Source: Vicinamibacteria bacterium
Lineage (GTDB): Bacteria; Acidobacteriota; Vicinamibacteria; Marinacidobacterales; Marinacidobacteraceae
Reading direction: 5' to 3'
DNA length: 64,000 nt
Assembly (NCBI GenBank): GCA_963422395.1
Contig: OY729431.1
Location: 2,528,001 to 2,592,000 of the forward strand
Shown: positions 31,268 to 41,955 of the stretch, piece by piece
Layout of the letters: the number at the start of each line of letters is the position of its first letter
Numbering within the stretch: the stretch's first letter is position 1
Made by a program: the position numbers and the translations under genes
The notes under the pieces: model-generated
The model's database searches: none
What the model was told of the DNA's origin: nothing
Seen by the model: the letters and a program-made list of their open reading frames with translations, nothing else

Positions 31268-32560
31268 TCAGAGATACGGCAGGTACTCACGCTTCTCCCA
31301 GTCGGTGGTGTGCGCGCGGAAGCGCTCCCACTCGGCGCGCTTCACCGCGGCCTGCATGCGGACGAAGTCCGCGCCGAAGGCGGCGACGAGATCCGGATCC
31401 GCTTCGAGATCGTCGAGGGCGCGGGGAAGATCCGCAGCGACGGTGACCGAAGCGGACGAGCGCTCGAGGCAGTCCTCGGTCTCCTCCGGCGGCGGCGCGT
31501 CGCCGCGTTCGATCCCGAGCCGCGCGCCGATGAGGGTCGCGGCGACCGCGAGGTGCGGGCCGCAGGCGCCGTCGGCGAGACGGTGTTCGATCCGCGCCCC
31601 CTCGCCGCGTTCTCGGGGAATCCGCACCGTGCAGCCCCGGTGGTCGTGTCCCCAATTCGCCCAGTAGCCGCTCATCTGCCCCGGACGGAGCCGCTTGTAG
31701 GCGTTCACCGTGGGAGCGACCACGCCGGCGAGCCCGCGGTGGTGCCGGAGCAGCCCGGCGACCGCCGCCCAGGCCGGCTGCGCCAAGCCCGCCTCCCCTC
31801 CGGGATCGTCGAAGAGATTCGTTCCGTCCCGCTCGAGACTCAGGTTCACATGGAGCCCCGAACCGCCCCGGTCGCTGAAGGGTTTGCCCAAGAAGGTGAG
31901 GGCGAAGCCCTTCGCTGCCGCGACCTCTCGGGCGAGCAGTTTGAAGAGGAACGCCTCGTCGGCGGCGGCGAGAGCGTCCTTCTTCCCGAGGGTCAGCTCG
32001 AACTGGCCGTCGTCGTATTCGCTGTGGAAGGACTCGACCGGAATCCCGGCACCCCCGGCGGCGTCCAGCACCGCCTCGAGGACTCCACCGGGGTCCATGA
32101 GCGGGCCCGCACCGTACACATGGGAACCCGGAGTGTGGATCGGGGCGAAGCCGCCGGCGGCGTCGGGTTCGAGCAGGAACGCCTCGAGCTCGATCCCGAC
32201 GAGCGGACGGCCGCCGGGAAGCCCCGCGATCGCCCGGCGGAGGATCTGACGCGGAGAGCGTTCGAGGGGCTTGCCTCGGTGCTCGAGGTCGGCCACCACC
32301 ACCTCCGCGCCGCCGCTCCAGCCCCGCCGAACCCGAGCCGGGTCGAAGACGGCGCGCATGTCCGGCAGGCCCTCGTGGAGGCCGGATCCTCGATACGGCT
32401 GCATCTCGCGGTCGAAACCGAGCGCGAAGGTGGCGAGGCAGTGGCCGGTGGCGGCGGCCTTGGGCAGCAGCAACTTGCCGCGGGCGAGCCCGAGGTGATC
32501 CGGCCAGAGCGCCCGGATGCGGCGGACGGGGGTCTCCGGCATAGGCACCGGTTGTATCAC
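31268..32560 (-). CDS. Glutamine synthetase-like gamma-glutamylamide ligase (PuuA/GlnA-like)
   Basis: DHLGLARGK, GIELE, SEYDDGQFE, GSGLHVNLS, NAYKR, IEHR. Confidence 0.9.
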   Translation of the reverse strand: MIQPVPMPETPVRRIRALWPDHLGLARGKLLLPKAAATGHCLATFALGFDREMQPYRGSGLHEGLPDMRAVFDPARVRRGWSGGAEVVVADLEHRGKPLERSPRQILRRAIAGLPGGRPLVGIELEAFLLEPDAAGGFAPIHTPGSHVYGAGPLMDPGGVLEAVLDAAGGAGIPVESFHSEYDDGQFELTLGKKDALAAADEAFLFKLLAREVAAAKGFALTFLGKPFSDRGGSGLHVNLSLERDGTNLFDDPGGEAGLAQPAWAAVAGLLRHHRGLAGVVAPTVNAYKRLRPGQMSGYWANWGHDHRGCTVRIPRERGEGARIEHRLADGACGPHLAVAATLIGARLGIERGDAPPPEETEDCLERSSASVTVAADLPRALDDLEADPDLVAAFGADFVRMQAAVKRAEWERFRAHTTDWEKREYLPYL

Positions 32561-32658
32561 GCCTGCCCCGGGAAGATGCCGCAGCAGGGATCGGCGCTTC
32601 CGGGTCGGCGCGGATACCGGGACCGCGGCGCGGCCGGCCGTCCCGAAATTCGGCGAGC

Positions 32659-34785
32659 CTACTCGCCCAGGTGGCGCTCGAAGAAGGCGGCGCTCCGCCG
32701 GAACACTTCCAGCCAGCTCGCCTGGCGGAGGAAACCGTGGACCTCGTCGGGGAGGATCAGAAGTTCGTGCTCGACGCCGAGCTCGCGGAGTTTCTCGACG
32801 AGTTCGACGGTTTCGGCGAAGGGCACATTCCGGTCGTCATCGCCGTGGACGAGCAGCACCGGAGAGCGCCAGCCGGAAACCGAGGCGAGAGGGGAGGACT
32901 CGAAGGCGAGGCGCTGCTGCTCCGGGTGGTGGTCGGGTTCGTATTCGGGGAGGAAGCCCTGGATGGTGCGGTTCCAGTCGTGGACGCCGTGGATGTCCAC
33001 GCCGGCAGCGAAGAGGTCCGACGCCCGGGAGAGGCCCATCGCGGTGAGATACCCGCCGTAGGAGCCGCCCCAGAGCCCGATCCGACTCTCGTCCACGCCG
33101 GGCAGGTCGGCGAGCGCACGGCCCGCACCGAGGACATCCCGATGCTCGGCGGCCCCGCTCGCGCCGTAGTTCTCCGCCTCCCGGAACTCCATGCCGTAGC
33201 CGGTGCCGCTTCGGTAGTTCACCGAGAGCACGGTGAAACCGCGGCTCGCCAGGTACTGGTGGAAGGCATAACAGTTCGAGTAGTAGCCCATGTAGTGCCA
33301 GCCGAGCAGCATCTGCCGCCGCGAACCGCCGTGGAGGAACAGGACCCCCGGCCCCGGGGAATCGCCGCCCGCCGCCGGGCGGAAGAGCTGCCCGCGGATC
33401 TCCATGCCGTCGGCGGAGGGGAAGACGACCGCTTCCGGCTCGACGAGATGTTCGAGCGGGAAGTCCACCGGAAAGGCGTCCGGAGCGAGCGGCCGCGCTT
33501 CACCGCTGCCGAGCCGGACCATCGGCTGCAGCGGGCGCCGGCCGTCGCCGCCCAGCCAGGCGATCCCGCCCTCGACCGCCGCCGGCAGGGTCTCGATGCC
33601 CGATCCCGAGGTGAGCGGTTCGGCGGCAGCGGCCCCGGGAGCGGCGCGAAAGAGGTGGCGGCGGTCTGGATCGTCCTGGTTCGAGGCCAGGAGCAGCCCG
33701 CCCCTCCCGTCCGGGACTGCGTACTCGACCTCGAAGGGGCCCGAGGTCAGCGCTTCGGGGGTCCCGCCGCCGGATGCGGGAACGGCGTGGAAGTGGCGGT
33801 AACCGTCCCGCTCCCAGGGAAACAGGATCCGCCCGTCGTTCGTCCAGAAGAGCTGGTCCGCCGAAGCGGTCCCGGAGAAGACGCTGCCCCGCCCCGAAGC
33901 GGCGCGAAAGATTTCGCGCGCCGCGCCGGGAGCACCGGAGTCGCCGAGTTCCACCACCCGGATGCTCCACGGCGGCCCCTCGCGCCGGGGAACGAAGAGG
34001 TAGGGGCGCAGCACCGGCGGCTGGCGCAGGAAAGCGACCGCGGCTCCGTCGGGGGAGAAGGCGGGCGAGCCGTCGCGGTCCACCGCCGGGTCGAGGTAGT
34101 GGACGGTCTCGGCGGCGAAGTCGTAGAGCCCCACGAAGGAGTGGGCGCCGCGGGAAGAGACGAAGGCGAGCCGGCTTCCGTCCGGCGAGAGGCGCAGGTT
34201 CCCGAAGGAGCCCCGGCCCCGGAGGAGCTGCTGCGGCTCGGCGTCCGCTTCGAGTCCGATCCGCCAGACCCGGCCCCGCCGGAGGAACAGGATCGACCCG
34301 CCGTCGGCGGTGAAGAGCGGAGAGGCGGCGGGTTCGGTGAGTCGACGGGGGGCAGCACCCTCTTCGAGGAGCCAGAGCGCCTGTTCCACCCCGGCGGGAT
34401 CGCTCGTCGGGTTCGGCAGTTCGCCCGCCCGATTCGGCCCGTCACCCCGGATGAAGGCGAGGCGGCGGCCGTCGCGGCTGAAGACGAGGCTCCCGATCGT
34501 GGTCCCGCGGTCCCCCGCGAAGGAGGTCAGGCGGCGGCCGGCGAACCCGGGCGCGTCGGCGGCCCACACATTCCGGGCTCCGCGCTCGTCGAACACCCAG
34601 GCGGCCCGGCGGCCGGCGGGAGAGGCGGTGAGGCCGCTCGGGAACGGCGCCGAGAGGACCTGCTCCAGGGAGAACGGACCCTCGGCCGGCGTCGGCGCCT
34701 GGGCCCCGAAAGCGACAGGCCCCGCCGCCGAAACGGCCAGCAGCGCCGAGAGGACGCGAAGGGTTCGGGAAGTCGAGAGATTCAT
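32659..34785 (-). CDS. S9 family peptidase with N-terminal beta-propeller
   Basis: Signal peptide, HGG, GGSYGG, HGDDDRNV, DEVHGF. Confidence 0.92.
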   Translation of the reverse strand: MNLSTSRTLRVLSALLAVSAAGPVAFGAQAPTPAEGPFSLEQVLSAPFPSGLTASPAGRRAAWVFDERGARNVWAADAPGFAGRRLTSFAGDRGTTIGSLVFSRDGRRLAFIRGDGPNRAGELPNPTSDPAGVEQALWLLEEGAAPRRLTEPAASPLFTADGGSILFLRRGRVWRIGLEADAEPQQLLRGRGSFGNLRLSPDGSRLAFVSSRGAHSFVGLYDFAAETVHYLDPAVDRDGSPAFSPDGAAVAFLRQPPVLRPYLFVPRREGPPWSIRVVELGDSGAPGAAREIFRAASGRGSVFSGTASADQLFWTNDGRILFPWERDGYRHFHAVPASGGGTPEALTSGPFEVEYAVPDGRGGLLLASNQDDPDRRHLFRAAPGAAAAEPLTSGSGIETLPAAVEGGIAWLGGDGRRPLQPMVRLGSGEARPLAPDAFPVDFPLEHLVEPEAVVFPSADGMEIRGQLFRPAAGGDSPGPGVLFLHGGSRRQMLLGWHYMGYYSNCYAFHQYLASRGFTVLSVNYRSGTGYGMEFREAENYGASGAAEHRDVLGAGRALADLPGVDESRIGLWGGSYGGYLTAMGLSRASDLFAAGVDIHGVHDWNRTIQGFLPEYEPDHHPEQQRLAFESSPLASVSGWRSPVLLVHGDDDRNVPFAETVELVEKLRELGVEHELLILPDEVHGFLRQASWLEVFRRSAAFFERHLGE

Positions 34786-34974
34786 TCGGTTGGCTCCTTC
34801 GGACGCGAACGGCTGCCCGTGGAATCGACGGGGCGGTCGAGCGTACGGTCGAACGGTGCCCGACGCACTCCCTCGTCCATCGCTGCTTCGTATTGCGCGT
34901 GATCCATCCCCTCGAGCGGCGACCGGTAGCCGTCGAATATTTCAGAGAGCTCCCCGCCCAACGTCTTCACCCAA

Positions 34975-35420
34975 TCAGATGCGCTCATCTGAACAACGGT
35001 GCCTCCGATCTCCCGTGCCAGTTCCGACACCCCCCCGGAACGAGTAGTACTGCACGACCCGATCCGCCAGAGCCTTCGGAAAGACCGCCGGATGTTCCTT
35101 CGACGAAGCGGGCGGAATCTTCCAAACATTCGTGCGCTCGTAGTCGTCGCCGACGCGCGATGCCGCAACGGCGCTAGCATCGGGATGGCAGCGTATGTTC
35201 CAGTCGATCAGTCGGTCGGTAAGCTTCCAGAAGACCAGAACATACTCCGTTACTGGAACCGCCTTGTATTGGAGCGGGTGGCGATCCGCCGCGAATCTAC
35301 GGCCGCGGCCGGTCGCCCAGCCCGCCCCGGAGGGCTTTTCCCAGATGTCTCGCGCCGCCCGCTTCGCATGCGCGACGGTGGTGACCGCGTATCGCCGGCG
35401 CTCGTACACCGTATCCCCAG
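34975..35420 (-). pseudogene. Remnant of an N4-C/N6-A site-specific DNA methyltransferase
   Basis: IWEKP...TEYVLVF...TNVWKI...[19 protein letters not shown]; the catalytic xPPY N-terminus and the LDPF of the SAM motif are missing. Confidence 0.75.
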
Positions 35421-35542
35421 ACGCGGGATCCGGAAGCGGCGCGCCGGACAGTTCCCGCCGCGCCGAGCGAGGAACGGAGGGCGCTTCCGACACCCTCGGC
35501 TTCGGTCGGGCGCCCGGTGCCAACACGGTCTCGATGCCGGAT

Positions 35543-36820
35543 TCAGCGGGGGATGAAGCGCACCGGCAGGTGCTTGATCCCGTGGATGAAGTTCGAGCGG
35601 AGCCGGTCCGGAGGGCCGGTGGGGGCGATGGCGCGCACCCGGCGGAAGAGCTCCTCCAGAGTGACCCGGACTTCGAGGCGCGCGAGCCAGGCCCCCAGGC
35701 AGAAATGGCGGCCCGCCCCGAAGGCGAGATGCGGGTTGGGCTCCCGGCGGATATCGAAGCGGTCGGGCTCGGGAAAGGCGTCCGGGTCGCGATTCGCGGC
35801 GATGTACCAGAGGACGGCCTTGTCGCCCGCGCGCATCGGTGCGCCGCCGAAATCGAGATCGCGGGTCAGGGTGCGGCGGAAGTGCATCGTCACCGAAGTC
35901 CAGCGCAGGATCTCCTCGGTCGCCGATTCGAAGAGCGCCCGATCTCCGTGCGCGGCGGCAAGCGCCTCGAAGGCGGCCGGGTGTTCGAGCAGCGCCAGCA
36001 GGCCGAGCGAGATCGTGTGGCGGGTGGTTTCGTTCCCGGCGACGAGAAGGAGCAGGAAGAAGTTCTGGAATTCGAGTTCGGTCAGCGGCCGCCCGGAAGC
36101 GTCCGCGGTGAGCATCCCCGAGAGGATGTCTCCGGAAGGGCGGGCGAGGCGCTCGCGCCGGAGCCGGCTCGCGTATTCGAAGACTGCGCGCGCCGCCGGA
36201 CTGCGGAACGGCAGCAGGCGGAAAGGTTCCGTGTCGTCGCGGTCGATGACCGCCATCGAGAATTCCGGATCGGCGTTCGAGATCAGCGCGTCGCCCCATT
36301 CCACCAGCGCGCCGGCGTCGGCTTCGGGCACTCCCAGGATGCGGCAGAGCATCCGGATCGGCAGTTCGCGGGCGACTCGCGCAACGAAGTCCAGCTCCCC
36401 GAGATCGAGAGTGCGGTCGAGGACTCCGGCGGCGAGCCCGCGCACCGAGTCCTCGCAGGCCGCGATGGCTTTGCGGGAAAACCCCGCCCCCACCAACCGG
36501 CGCAGCCGGGCGTGCTCCGCTCCGTCGTACTCCATCATCGTCCGGCGGGCGGCCAGCTCGTCGTCGTCGAGCTCCTCGAGTCGGATCCCGCGCGTACAGG
36601 AGAAGTCTCGCGGCGTTGAGCTGGCGTCGAAGACATGGCGGTAGCGGGTGAGCGCCCAGAATCCGGCGCCGTCCGACTCTTCCACCCGGACCGGCGTACC
36701 GCAGCGCCGCATCCGGTCGAAGAGTTTCCAGGGGACCCCGGCGGTGTAGGTGTCGTGAGAGACGATGGCCCCGAACGGCGAGGCTTCGCCTGCGCGCCCG
36801 GGAATCGGATCCGCCGTCAT
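35543..36820 (-). CDS. Cytochrome P450
   Basis: AGNETT I-helix, EILR (ExxR), [10 protein letters not shown] heme motif. Confidence 0.96.
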   Translation of the reverse strand: MTADPIPGRAGEASPFGAIVSHDTYTAGVPWKLFDRMRRCGTPVRVEESDGAGFWALTRYRHVFDASSTPRDFSCTRGIRLEELDDDELAARRTMMEYDGAEHARLRRLVGAGFSRKAIAACEDSVRGLAAGVLDRTLDLGELDFVARVARELPIRMLCRILGVPEADAGALVEWGDALISNADPEFSMAVIDRDDTEPFRLLPFRSPAARAVFEYASRLRRERLARPSGDILSGMLTADASGRPLTELEFQNFFLLLLVAGNETTRHTISLGLLALLEHPAAFEALAAAHGDRALFESATEEILRWTSVTMHFRRTLTRDLDFGGAPMRAGDKAVLWYIAANRDPDAFPEPDRFDIRREPNPHLAFGAGRHFCLGAWLARLEVRVTLEELFRRVRAIAPTGPPDRLRSNFIHGIKHLPVRFIPR

Positions 36821-36927
36821 CGGAATCGCCGCGGACCGGATGGTACGCCGGGACGCGGCTCGTTTCCGGGGCCGGCCCGGACGACCGAGTTCGGATCCAC
36901 CGACTGCTACCCTCCGCGCCGCCTTCC

Positions 36928-37671
36928 ATGAGCCCGGAAAAGATCCTCTGTGTACACCTCAACTATGAGAGCCGGGTGGAAGAGTTCGGGGTCCGGCTTC
37001 CCCGAGCCCCCACCTACTTCCTGAAACCCCCGAGCGCCCTCATCGGGGACGGCGAACCGGTGGTCCGGCCGCCAGGCTGCCGCTATCTGAACTACGAGGG
37101 GGAGATCGTGGCGGTGGTCGGGCGGCGCTGCCGGGGGATCGCACCGGAGGACGCCGGACGCTTCCTCGCCGGGTACACCATCGGCAACGATTTCGGCCTC
37201 CACGACTTCCGCGACACCGACGCCGGCTCCATGCTGCGGGTGAAGGGAGCGGATTCGCTGTGCCCGGTGCTCGACCTGGTGGCCGCGGACTGGGACTTCC
37301 GGGGCCGCGCGATCCGCACTCTGGTGAACGGGGAGGTCCGGCAGGCCGGCAACACCGAAGAGATGCGCTGGGATCCGCACTACCTGGTCGCCGACCTGTC
37401 CCGGACCCACACCCTCCTGCCCGGCGATCTGGTGTTCACCGGAACCCCGGCGGGTTCGCGGCCGGTGGAACCCGGCGACGAGGTAGCGGTGGAGGTCGAA
37501 GGGCTCGGGCGCCTGGTGAATCCGGTGGTCGCCGGCGAACGGGAGATCCCGGCGGGGTACGGCGCCCAGCCGAGCGAATCCGAAGAAGTCCGCTCGACCG
37601 CTCTCGGGGGCGACTGGGAGTTTCGGGGAATCCGTCCGCCGCGGCCGCCGCTGGAGGCGGCGAAGCGGTGA
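36928..37671 (+). CDS. Fumarylacetoacetate hydrolase family protein (HpaG-like)
   Basis: FLKPPSAL, YEGE, GYTIGND, LLPGDLVFTGTP. Confidence 0.93.
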   Translation: MSPEKILCVHLNYESRVEEFGVRLPRAPTYFLKPPSALIGDGEPVVRPPGCRYLNYEGEIVAVVGRRCRGIAPEDAGRFLAGYTIGNDFGLHDFRDTDAGSMLRVKGADSLCPVLDLVAADWDFRGRAIRTLVNGEVRQAGNTEEMRWDPHYLVADLSRTHTLLPGDLVFTGTPAGSRPVEPGDEVAVEVEGLGRLVNPVVAGEREIPAGYGAQPSESEEVRSTALGGDWEFRGIRPPRPPLEAAKR

Positions 37672-37681
37672 GGGCAGATCG

Positions 37682-38593
37682 ATGACGGCGGGGGCCTCCC
37701 CCTGGCAGCGCCCTCTCGAAGACCGCTGCCTGCCCGACAGACCGCGCATCGGGCTCACCTCGTGGAGACGCGCGGTGCGGACGATGGTCGGCGATCCCGA
37801 ACAGCTCTACACCCTCGCCGAGGAATATGTGGACCGGGTCCGGAGAGCCGGTGGAGTGCCGCTCATCCTGCCGCCCGCCCCGCTCGCGGCCGCCGAGGAG
37901 GCGGTGCGTTCGGTGGACGGGCTGGTGCTCACCGGCGGCGGCGATTTCTCTCCCTCCTGCTATGCGGCTCGCGACGAAGGAGTGAGCGACGACATCGACC
38001 ACCAGGAGGACGCCTGGGACTTCGCGCTGGTTCTGGCGGCGCGCGAAACCCGGGTGCCCTTCCTCGGCATCTGCCGCGGCCTGCAGGCGCTCAACCTGGC
38101 GCTCGGCGGCACGCTGCACCAGGACATCTGCGGCCGGGAAAGCCACCCGCCGATCTCCCGGGTCCCCGAGGAAGTGATGGCGTTCCGCCATTCGGTGACG
38201 ATCGCCGGCGAGAGCCGCCTCGCCCGCGTTCTCGGCATCACCGAGCGCAGCGTCAACAGCATCCACCATCAGGCGGTGGATCGGCTCGGTGCGGGGCTCG
38301 TCGCCGTGGCCCATGCCCCCGACGGCACCGTCGAGGGCCTCGAGTATCGTGAGGACTGCGAGTCCCGCCATTCCCGCGGGGAAGAACGCGTCGACTCCGA
38401 AGACGAAGGCGCGGAACCGCCGGCTCGGTCGGCGGTCGAAGCTGCAGTCGAATCGGCGCCCTGGCCGGCGCTCGCCGTACAGTGGCACCCGGAACGCATG
38501 GACCCGGGGAGGGACCAGCGCATTTTCGACGATCTCGTGGAGCGAGCCGCCGCCCGGCGCGGTGCCCGCCCCGACCCGGCGCCCCGGGTCTGA
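37682..38593 (+). CDS. Gamma-glutamyl-gamma-aminobutyrate hydrolase family (peptidase C26, PuuD-like)
   Basis: LTGGGD, LGICRGLQ, VNSIHHQ, VQWHPE. Confidence 0.92.
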   Translation: MTAGASPWQRPLEDRCLPDRPRIGLTSWRRAVRTMVGDPEQLYTLAEEYVDRVRRAGGVPLILPPAPLAAAEEAVRSVDGLVLTGGGDFSPSCYAARDEGVSDDIDHQEDAWDFALVLAARETRVPFLGICRGLQALNLALGGTLHQDICGRESHPPISRVPEEVMAFRHSVTIAGESRLARVLGITERSVNSIHHQAVDRLGAGLVAVAHAPDGTVEGLEYREDCESRHSRGEERVDSEDEGAEPPARSAVEAAVESAPWPALAVQWHPERMDPGRDQRIFDDLVERAAARRGARPDPAPRV

Positions 38594-38696
38594 TCGATCG
38601 GGCCTAACCCTGCGGGGTCCGGGAAGCCTCCTCCCGGATCTGCGCCCCGGCACAGCAATCCGCCGCCCCGGGTGCGGGGCCTATCATGCGGGCTCG

Positions 38697-40685
38697 ATGG
38701 CTGGTTTCGGGGACGGCTCTCGCGACGATTTTCGCGAGCGGGTGCGCGAAGCGAGCGACATCGCCGAGATCGTCGGCGAGCGGGTGGCCCTCCGCCCGGC
38801 GGGGCCCGGGCGCTACACCGGGCTCTGTCCTTTCCACGACGAAACGGCCCCTTCGTTCCAGGTGAACACGGAGCGCGGGTTCTTCCACTGCTTCGGGTGC
38901 AAGGAGAGCGGGGATGTCTTCGGGTTTCTCATGAAGCGGGAGGGGCTCTCCTTCGTGGAGGCGCTCCAGCTGCTCGCCCGCCGCGCCGGGATTCCGATTC
39001 TCGAACGCAACCCCGCGCGGGCTTCCCGCGACGAACAGCTGCGGGAGGTGATCCGGAAGGCGCTCGCTCACTTCCAGAGCGCACTCCGGAGCGAGACCGG
39101 CCGCAGCGCGTCCGTCTATCTCCGGGAACGGGGGATTTCCCGCGAGACGATCGGGGAGTACGGGCTCGGTTTCGCAGCTGCGGACTGGGACGATCTCTCG
39201 AAAGCGCTCCAAAAGGCGGAAATCGGGAAGGCGGCGCTGACCGAGGCCGGGCTGGCGCGCGAAGGGAAACGCGGCATTCTCTTCGACTTCTTCCGGAACC
39301 GGCTCATCGTGCCCGTTTTCGACAGCCACGGACGCGCCGCCGGCTTCGCCGGGCGAACTCTCGACGGTGCGGAGCCCAAATACATGAACAGCCCGGACAG
39401 CCCGATCTTTCAGAAGCGGTCGGTCCTGTATGGACTCCACCATCAGCGAAGCGCGATCCGGCGGGAGCGGTCGGCGATCCTGTTCGAGGGGTATTTCGAC
39501 TGCCTCTCGGCATGGCAGGCCGGCGTCAGCGGAGCGGTCGCGGTTTGCGGGACCGCGTTGACCCCGGACCACGCGCAGCTCCTCTCCCGGCTGACCCGTG
39601 AAGTGGTCCTCGCTTTCGACGGCGACGCCGCCGGCAGGAACGCCACCCGCAAGACCCTGCCGATCCTCCTCGAGGCGCCGTTGCGCGTGCGCGTGCTGCC
39701 GCTCACCGCCGGGCGCGATCCGGACGATGTGCTGCGCGCCGAGGGCGGAGAAGCTTTTCGCCGGGCGATCGGGGAGGCGCCCGGTTTCCTCGGCTTCCTC
39801 GTGGACGACGCGCTCTCCCGGACGAGCAGCGGCGCTGCGGGGGGGGACCGAGCCGATGCGCTCCGCGAGGTTCTCCGGGTGCTCGCCCGCGTCCCGAGCC
39901 CCCTCGACCGGGAAGAATGGCTCGCCGAGGCTGCCGGACCCCTCGGCTTTTCCATCGAGGCCGCGCGCGAGGAAATGGCGCGGATTCGCCGGGAACCCAG
40001 CCAGCAGGCCCGCCCCCAACCGGGGAACATCCAGGCGGGGCCTCCCCAGCCGGGAAAGCCGTCTCCAGGCGAAGCCCGGCCCGAAGGATCGCGGGACTCG
40101 GCGGAGCCGCCCCGAGACCCGACACCCGCCGAGCGCGATCTGATCCGCTGGACCCGGGAGAGATCGGCGGAGGTCGCGGAGATCCTGCGGAGCACCGACA
40201 GCACCGACCTACAGGGTTTCGCGAGCTCACCGCTGCTGCTCGCGATGAAGAAGGCGGCGGACTCCGAAGAGGACCTCGAGGCGCTGCTCGACGGGATCGC
40301 GGCGGATGGCGGCGGGGATGGGAACGACAGGGGTGGGAGGGGAGATCCGCATTCCGGGCGCGAGGCGATCCGGCGCTTGCTGATCGGAGTGGAGGCGGAA
40401 CCAGTCCCTCTGAACACCCGCAAGCAGACGCCGCAGGACTGTTTCGACGCCCTCCGGCTCCGGGTGCTCGAAGGGAGACTCTCGGGGCTGCGGGACGCCG
40501 TTCGGGACGCGGGCGTCGATGTCGGCACCCTCCTCGAGGAACTGCAGGGGGTCGGCGCGGAAATGGACGCCCTCCGCCGCGGCGGGGACTCCGGGAGACC
40601 ACCCGAGGCCGGCCCGAAGCGCCTCTCCGAAGAGAATGCCGACCCGTGGGGAAGTCCGCCTCTCGGAGCCCACCCTCCTGCCTAG
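38697..40685 (+). CDS. dnaG: DNA primase
   Basis: CPFHDE...FHCFGC zinc finger, PKYMNSP, EGYFD, FDGDAAG, DPDD. Confidence 0.96.
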   Translation: MAGFGDGSRDDFRERVREASDIAEIVGERVALRPAGPGRYTGLCPFHDETAPSFQVNTERGFFHCFGCKESGDVFGFLMKREGLSFVEALQLLARRAGIPILERNPARASRDEQLREVIRKALAHFQSALRSETGRSASVYLRERGISRETIGEYGLGFAAADWDDLSKALQKAEIGKAALTEAGLAREGKRGILFDFFRNRLIVPVFDSHGRAAGFAGRTLDGAEPKYMNSPDSPIFQKRSVLYGLHHQRSAIRRERSAILFEGYFDCLSAWQAGVSGAVAVCGTALTPDHAQLLSRLTREVVLAFDGDAAGRNATRKTLPILLEAPLRVRVLPLTAGRDPDDVLRAEGGEAFRRAIGEAPGFLGFLVDDALSRTSSGAAGGDRADALREVLRVLARVPSPLDREEWLAEAAGPLGFSIEAAREEMARIRREPSQQARPQPGNIQAGPPQPGKPSPGEARPEGSRDSAEPPRDPTPAERDLIRWTRERSAEVAEILRSTDSTDLQGFASSPLLLAMKKAADSEEDLEALLDGIAADGGGDGNDRGGRGDPHSGREAIRRLLIGVEAEPVPLNTRKQTPQDCFDALRLRVLEGRLSGLRDAVRDAGVDVGTLLEELQGVGAEMDALRRGGDSGRPPEAGPKRLSEENADPWGSPPLGAHPPA

Positions 40686-41632
40686 GTGTGCAAGCTCACC
40701 AGGTTGTTGAGGGGGAAGTCGAGGGCCTGGATGGGGGGTCGGTGATGGAGGCTGGTGTGAGGCCGGTGCCAGTTGTATCGGTGGAGCCAGGCGGGCAGTT
40801 GGGCGGCGCGCGGTTCGGAGCTCTGGTAGGTGTGTGCGTAGGCCCATTCTCTGAGAACGGTTTGGATGAAGCGTTCGGCTTTTCCGTTGGTTCGGGGGGT
40901 GAAGGGACGGGTGTAGAGGTGTCGGATGCCTGCCTGTTGGCATCGTGCGTTGAAGGCACGGGAGCGGTAGCAGCCGCCATCGTCGGTGAGGAGGCGTTGC
41001 ACGGGGATAGCGAGGCTTTGGAAGTAGGCGAGGGCGTCGGTGAGGAAGGCGGCGGCGCTACGGGCGGATTCGTCGGGGAGGATTTGGAGAAAGCGAGGCG
41101 GGAGTGGTCGTCCACGCAGACATGGACGAACTCCCAGCCGGCGCGGGGGCTGGTCGAGCGGCGGTTTCCGGTGGCGCGGTGTCCGGGGCGCCGGAAGCGC
41201 CCGAGTTTCTCGATGTCGAGGTGGAGGAGGCCCCCGGGATCTGGATAGACATAAGTGATTGGGGGGCGGGGGCGGTTCGAGCTGGGAGAGGCGGTTGACG
41301 CCGGCGCGCTGGGCGATGCGCCCTACGGTGCTGGGGGAGATGCCGAGCTGCTGGCTGATGTCGTGGTAGGTGCGGCGCTCGCGCCGCAGTTCGACGACTC
41401 GGGTGCGCCGCGCCTCGCTGGTGCGGTGCGGGCAGCGATGCGGGCGCGAGGAGCGGTCCCCGAGGCCCGGCAGGCCCTCCTCGCGCCAGCGGGCGAGCCA
41501 CTTGTATGCAGTGCGCACGCTCACCCCCGAGGCCTGGGCCGCCGCCTCGACGCGGAGGCCTTCCTCGGTGATGCGGCGAACCAGGATCTCTCGACCGAGC
41601 GGGGTCAGTTTGGCCGACTTGTGGATGTTCAT
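40682..41632 (-). pseudogene. IS481 transposase with two compensating frameshifts
   Basis: MNIHKSAKLTP.GR and TNGKAERFIQT are in frame, but PGGLLHLDIEKLGR...VHVCVDDHSRLAF lies in another frame between about 41086 and 41263. Confidence 0.85.
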
Positions 41633-41718
41633 GCGGGCTGCTCCTTGTGCTGAGGGGTTGTGGATGCCCATGAGTTCCGGGCATCGGGTTCGCGTGAACA
41701 ACCTACCGCAAGGTCACA
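40687..41718 (-). mobile_element. IS481-family insertion sequence
   Basis: TGT...ACA ends with imperfect IRs (TGTG-N10-AGGTTGTT); CTAG on both flanks (40682, 41720); IS481-type transposase inside. Confidence 0.92.
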
Positions 41719-41719
41719 A

Positions 41720-41913
41720 CTAGCAGCCCGTGGATGAAGTGGCGCGAGCCCCAAGATCGGGGAGGCGCCGGGCTGACGAGGCGCGATTCGGGAGGCATAC
41801 CGGGTGTATTCCGACGGAATCGCAACGCCGAGCGAAGCGTTCAGGCTGGGCCCCACCGGGAGGACTGGGCATCGCCGACCTTTGGCCGTGTGACTTTGTC
41901 CACAGGTTGCTAG
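41720..41913. mobile_element. MITE-like element (about 190 bp) bounded by CTAG
   Basis: Left end CTAGCAGCCCGTGGATGAAGT against right end reverse complement CTAGCAACCTGTGGACAAAGT (17/21); internal nested palindrome GCGATTC...ATAC..GTAT...GAATCGC. Confidence 0.8.
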
Positions 41914-41931
41914 AATGCCTCGTTGCTGTTC

Positions 41932-41955
41932 GGTGCATTCCCGTGGGAATGCACC
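41932..41955. promoter_or_regulatory. Perfect inverted repeat GGTGCATTCCC-GT-GGGAATGCACC upstream of rpoD
   Basis: 11-bp perfect arms, about 15 nt downstream of TGCTAGAAT (41908-41916). Confidence 0.45.

Noticed and set aside
41889-41904. CRP-like TGTGA-N6-CCACA and DnaA-box-like TTGTCCACA upstream of rpoD
   Set aside because: Better explained as the right terminal inverted repeat of the MITE
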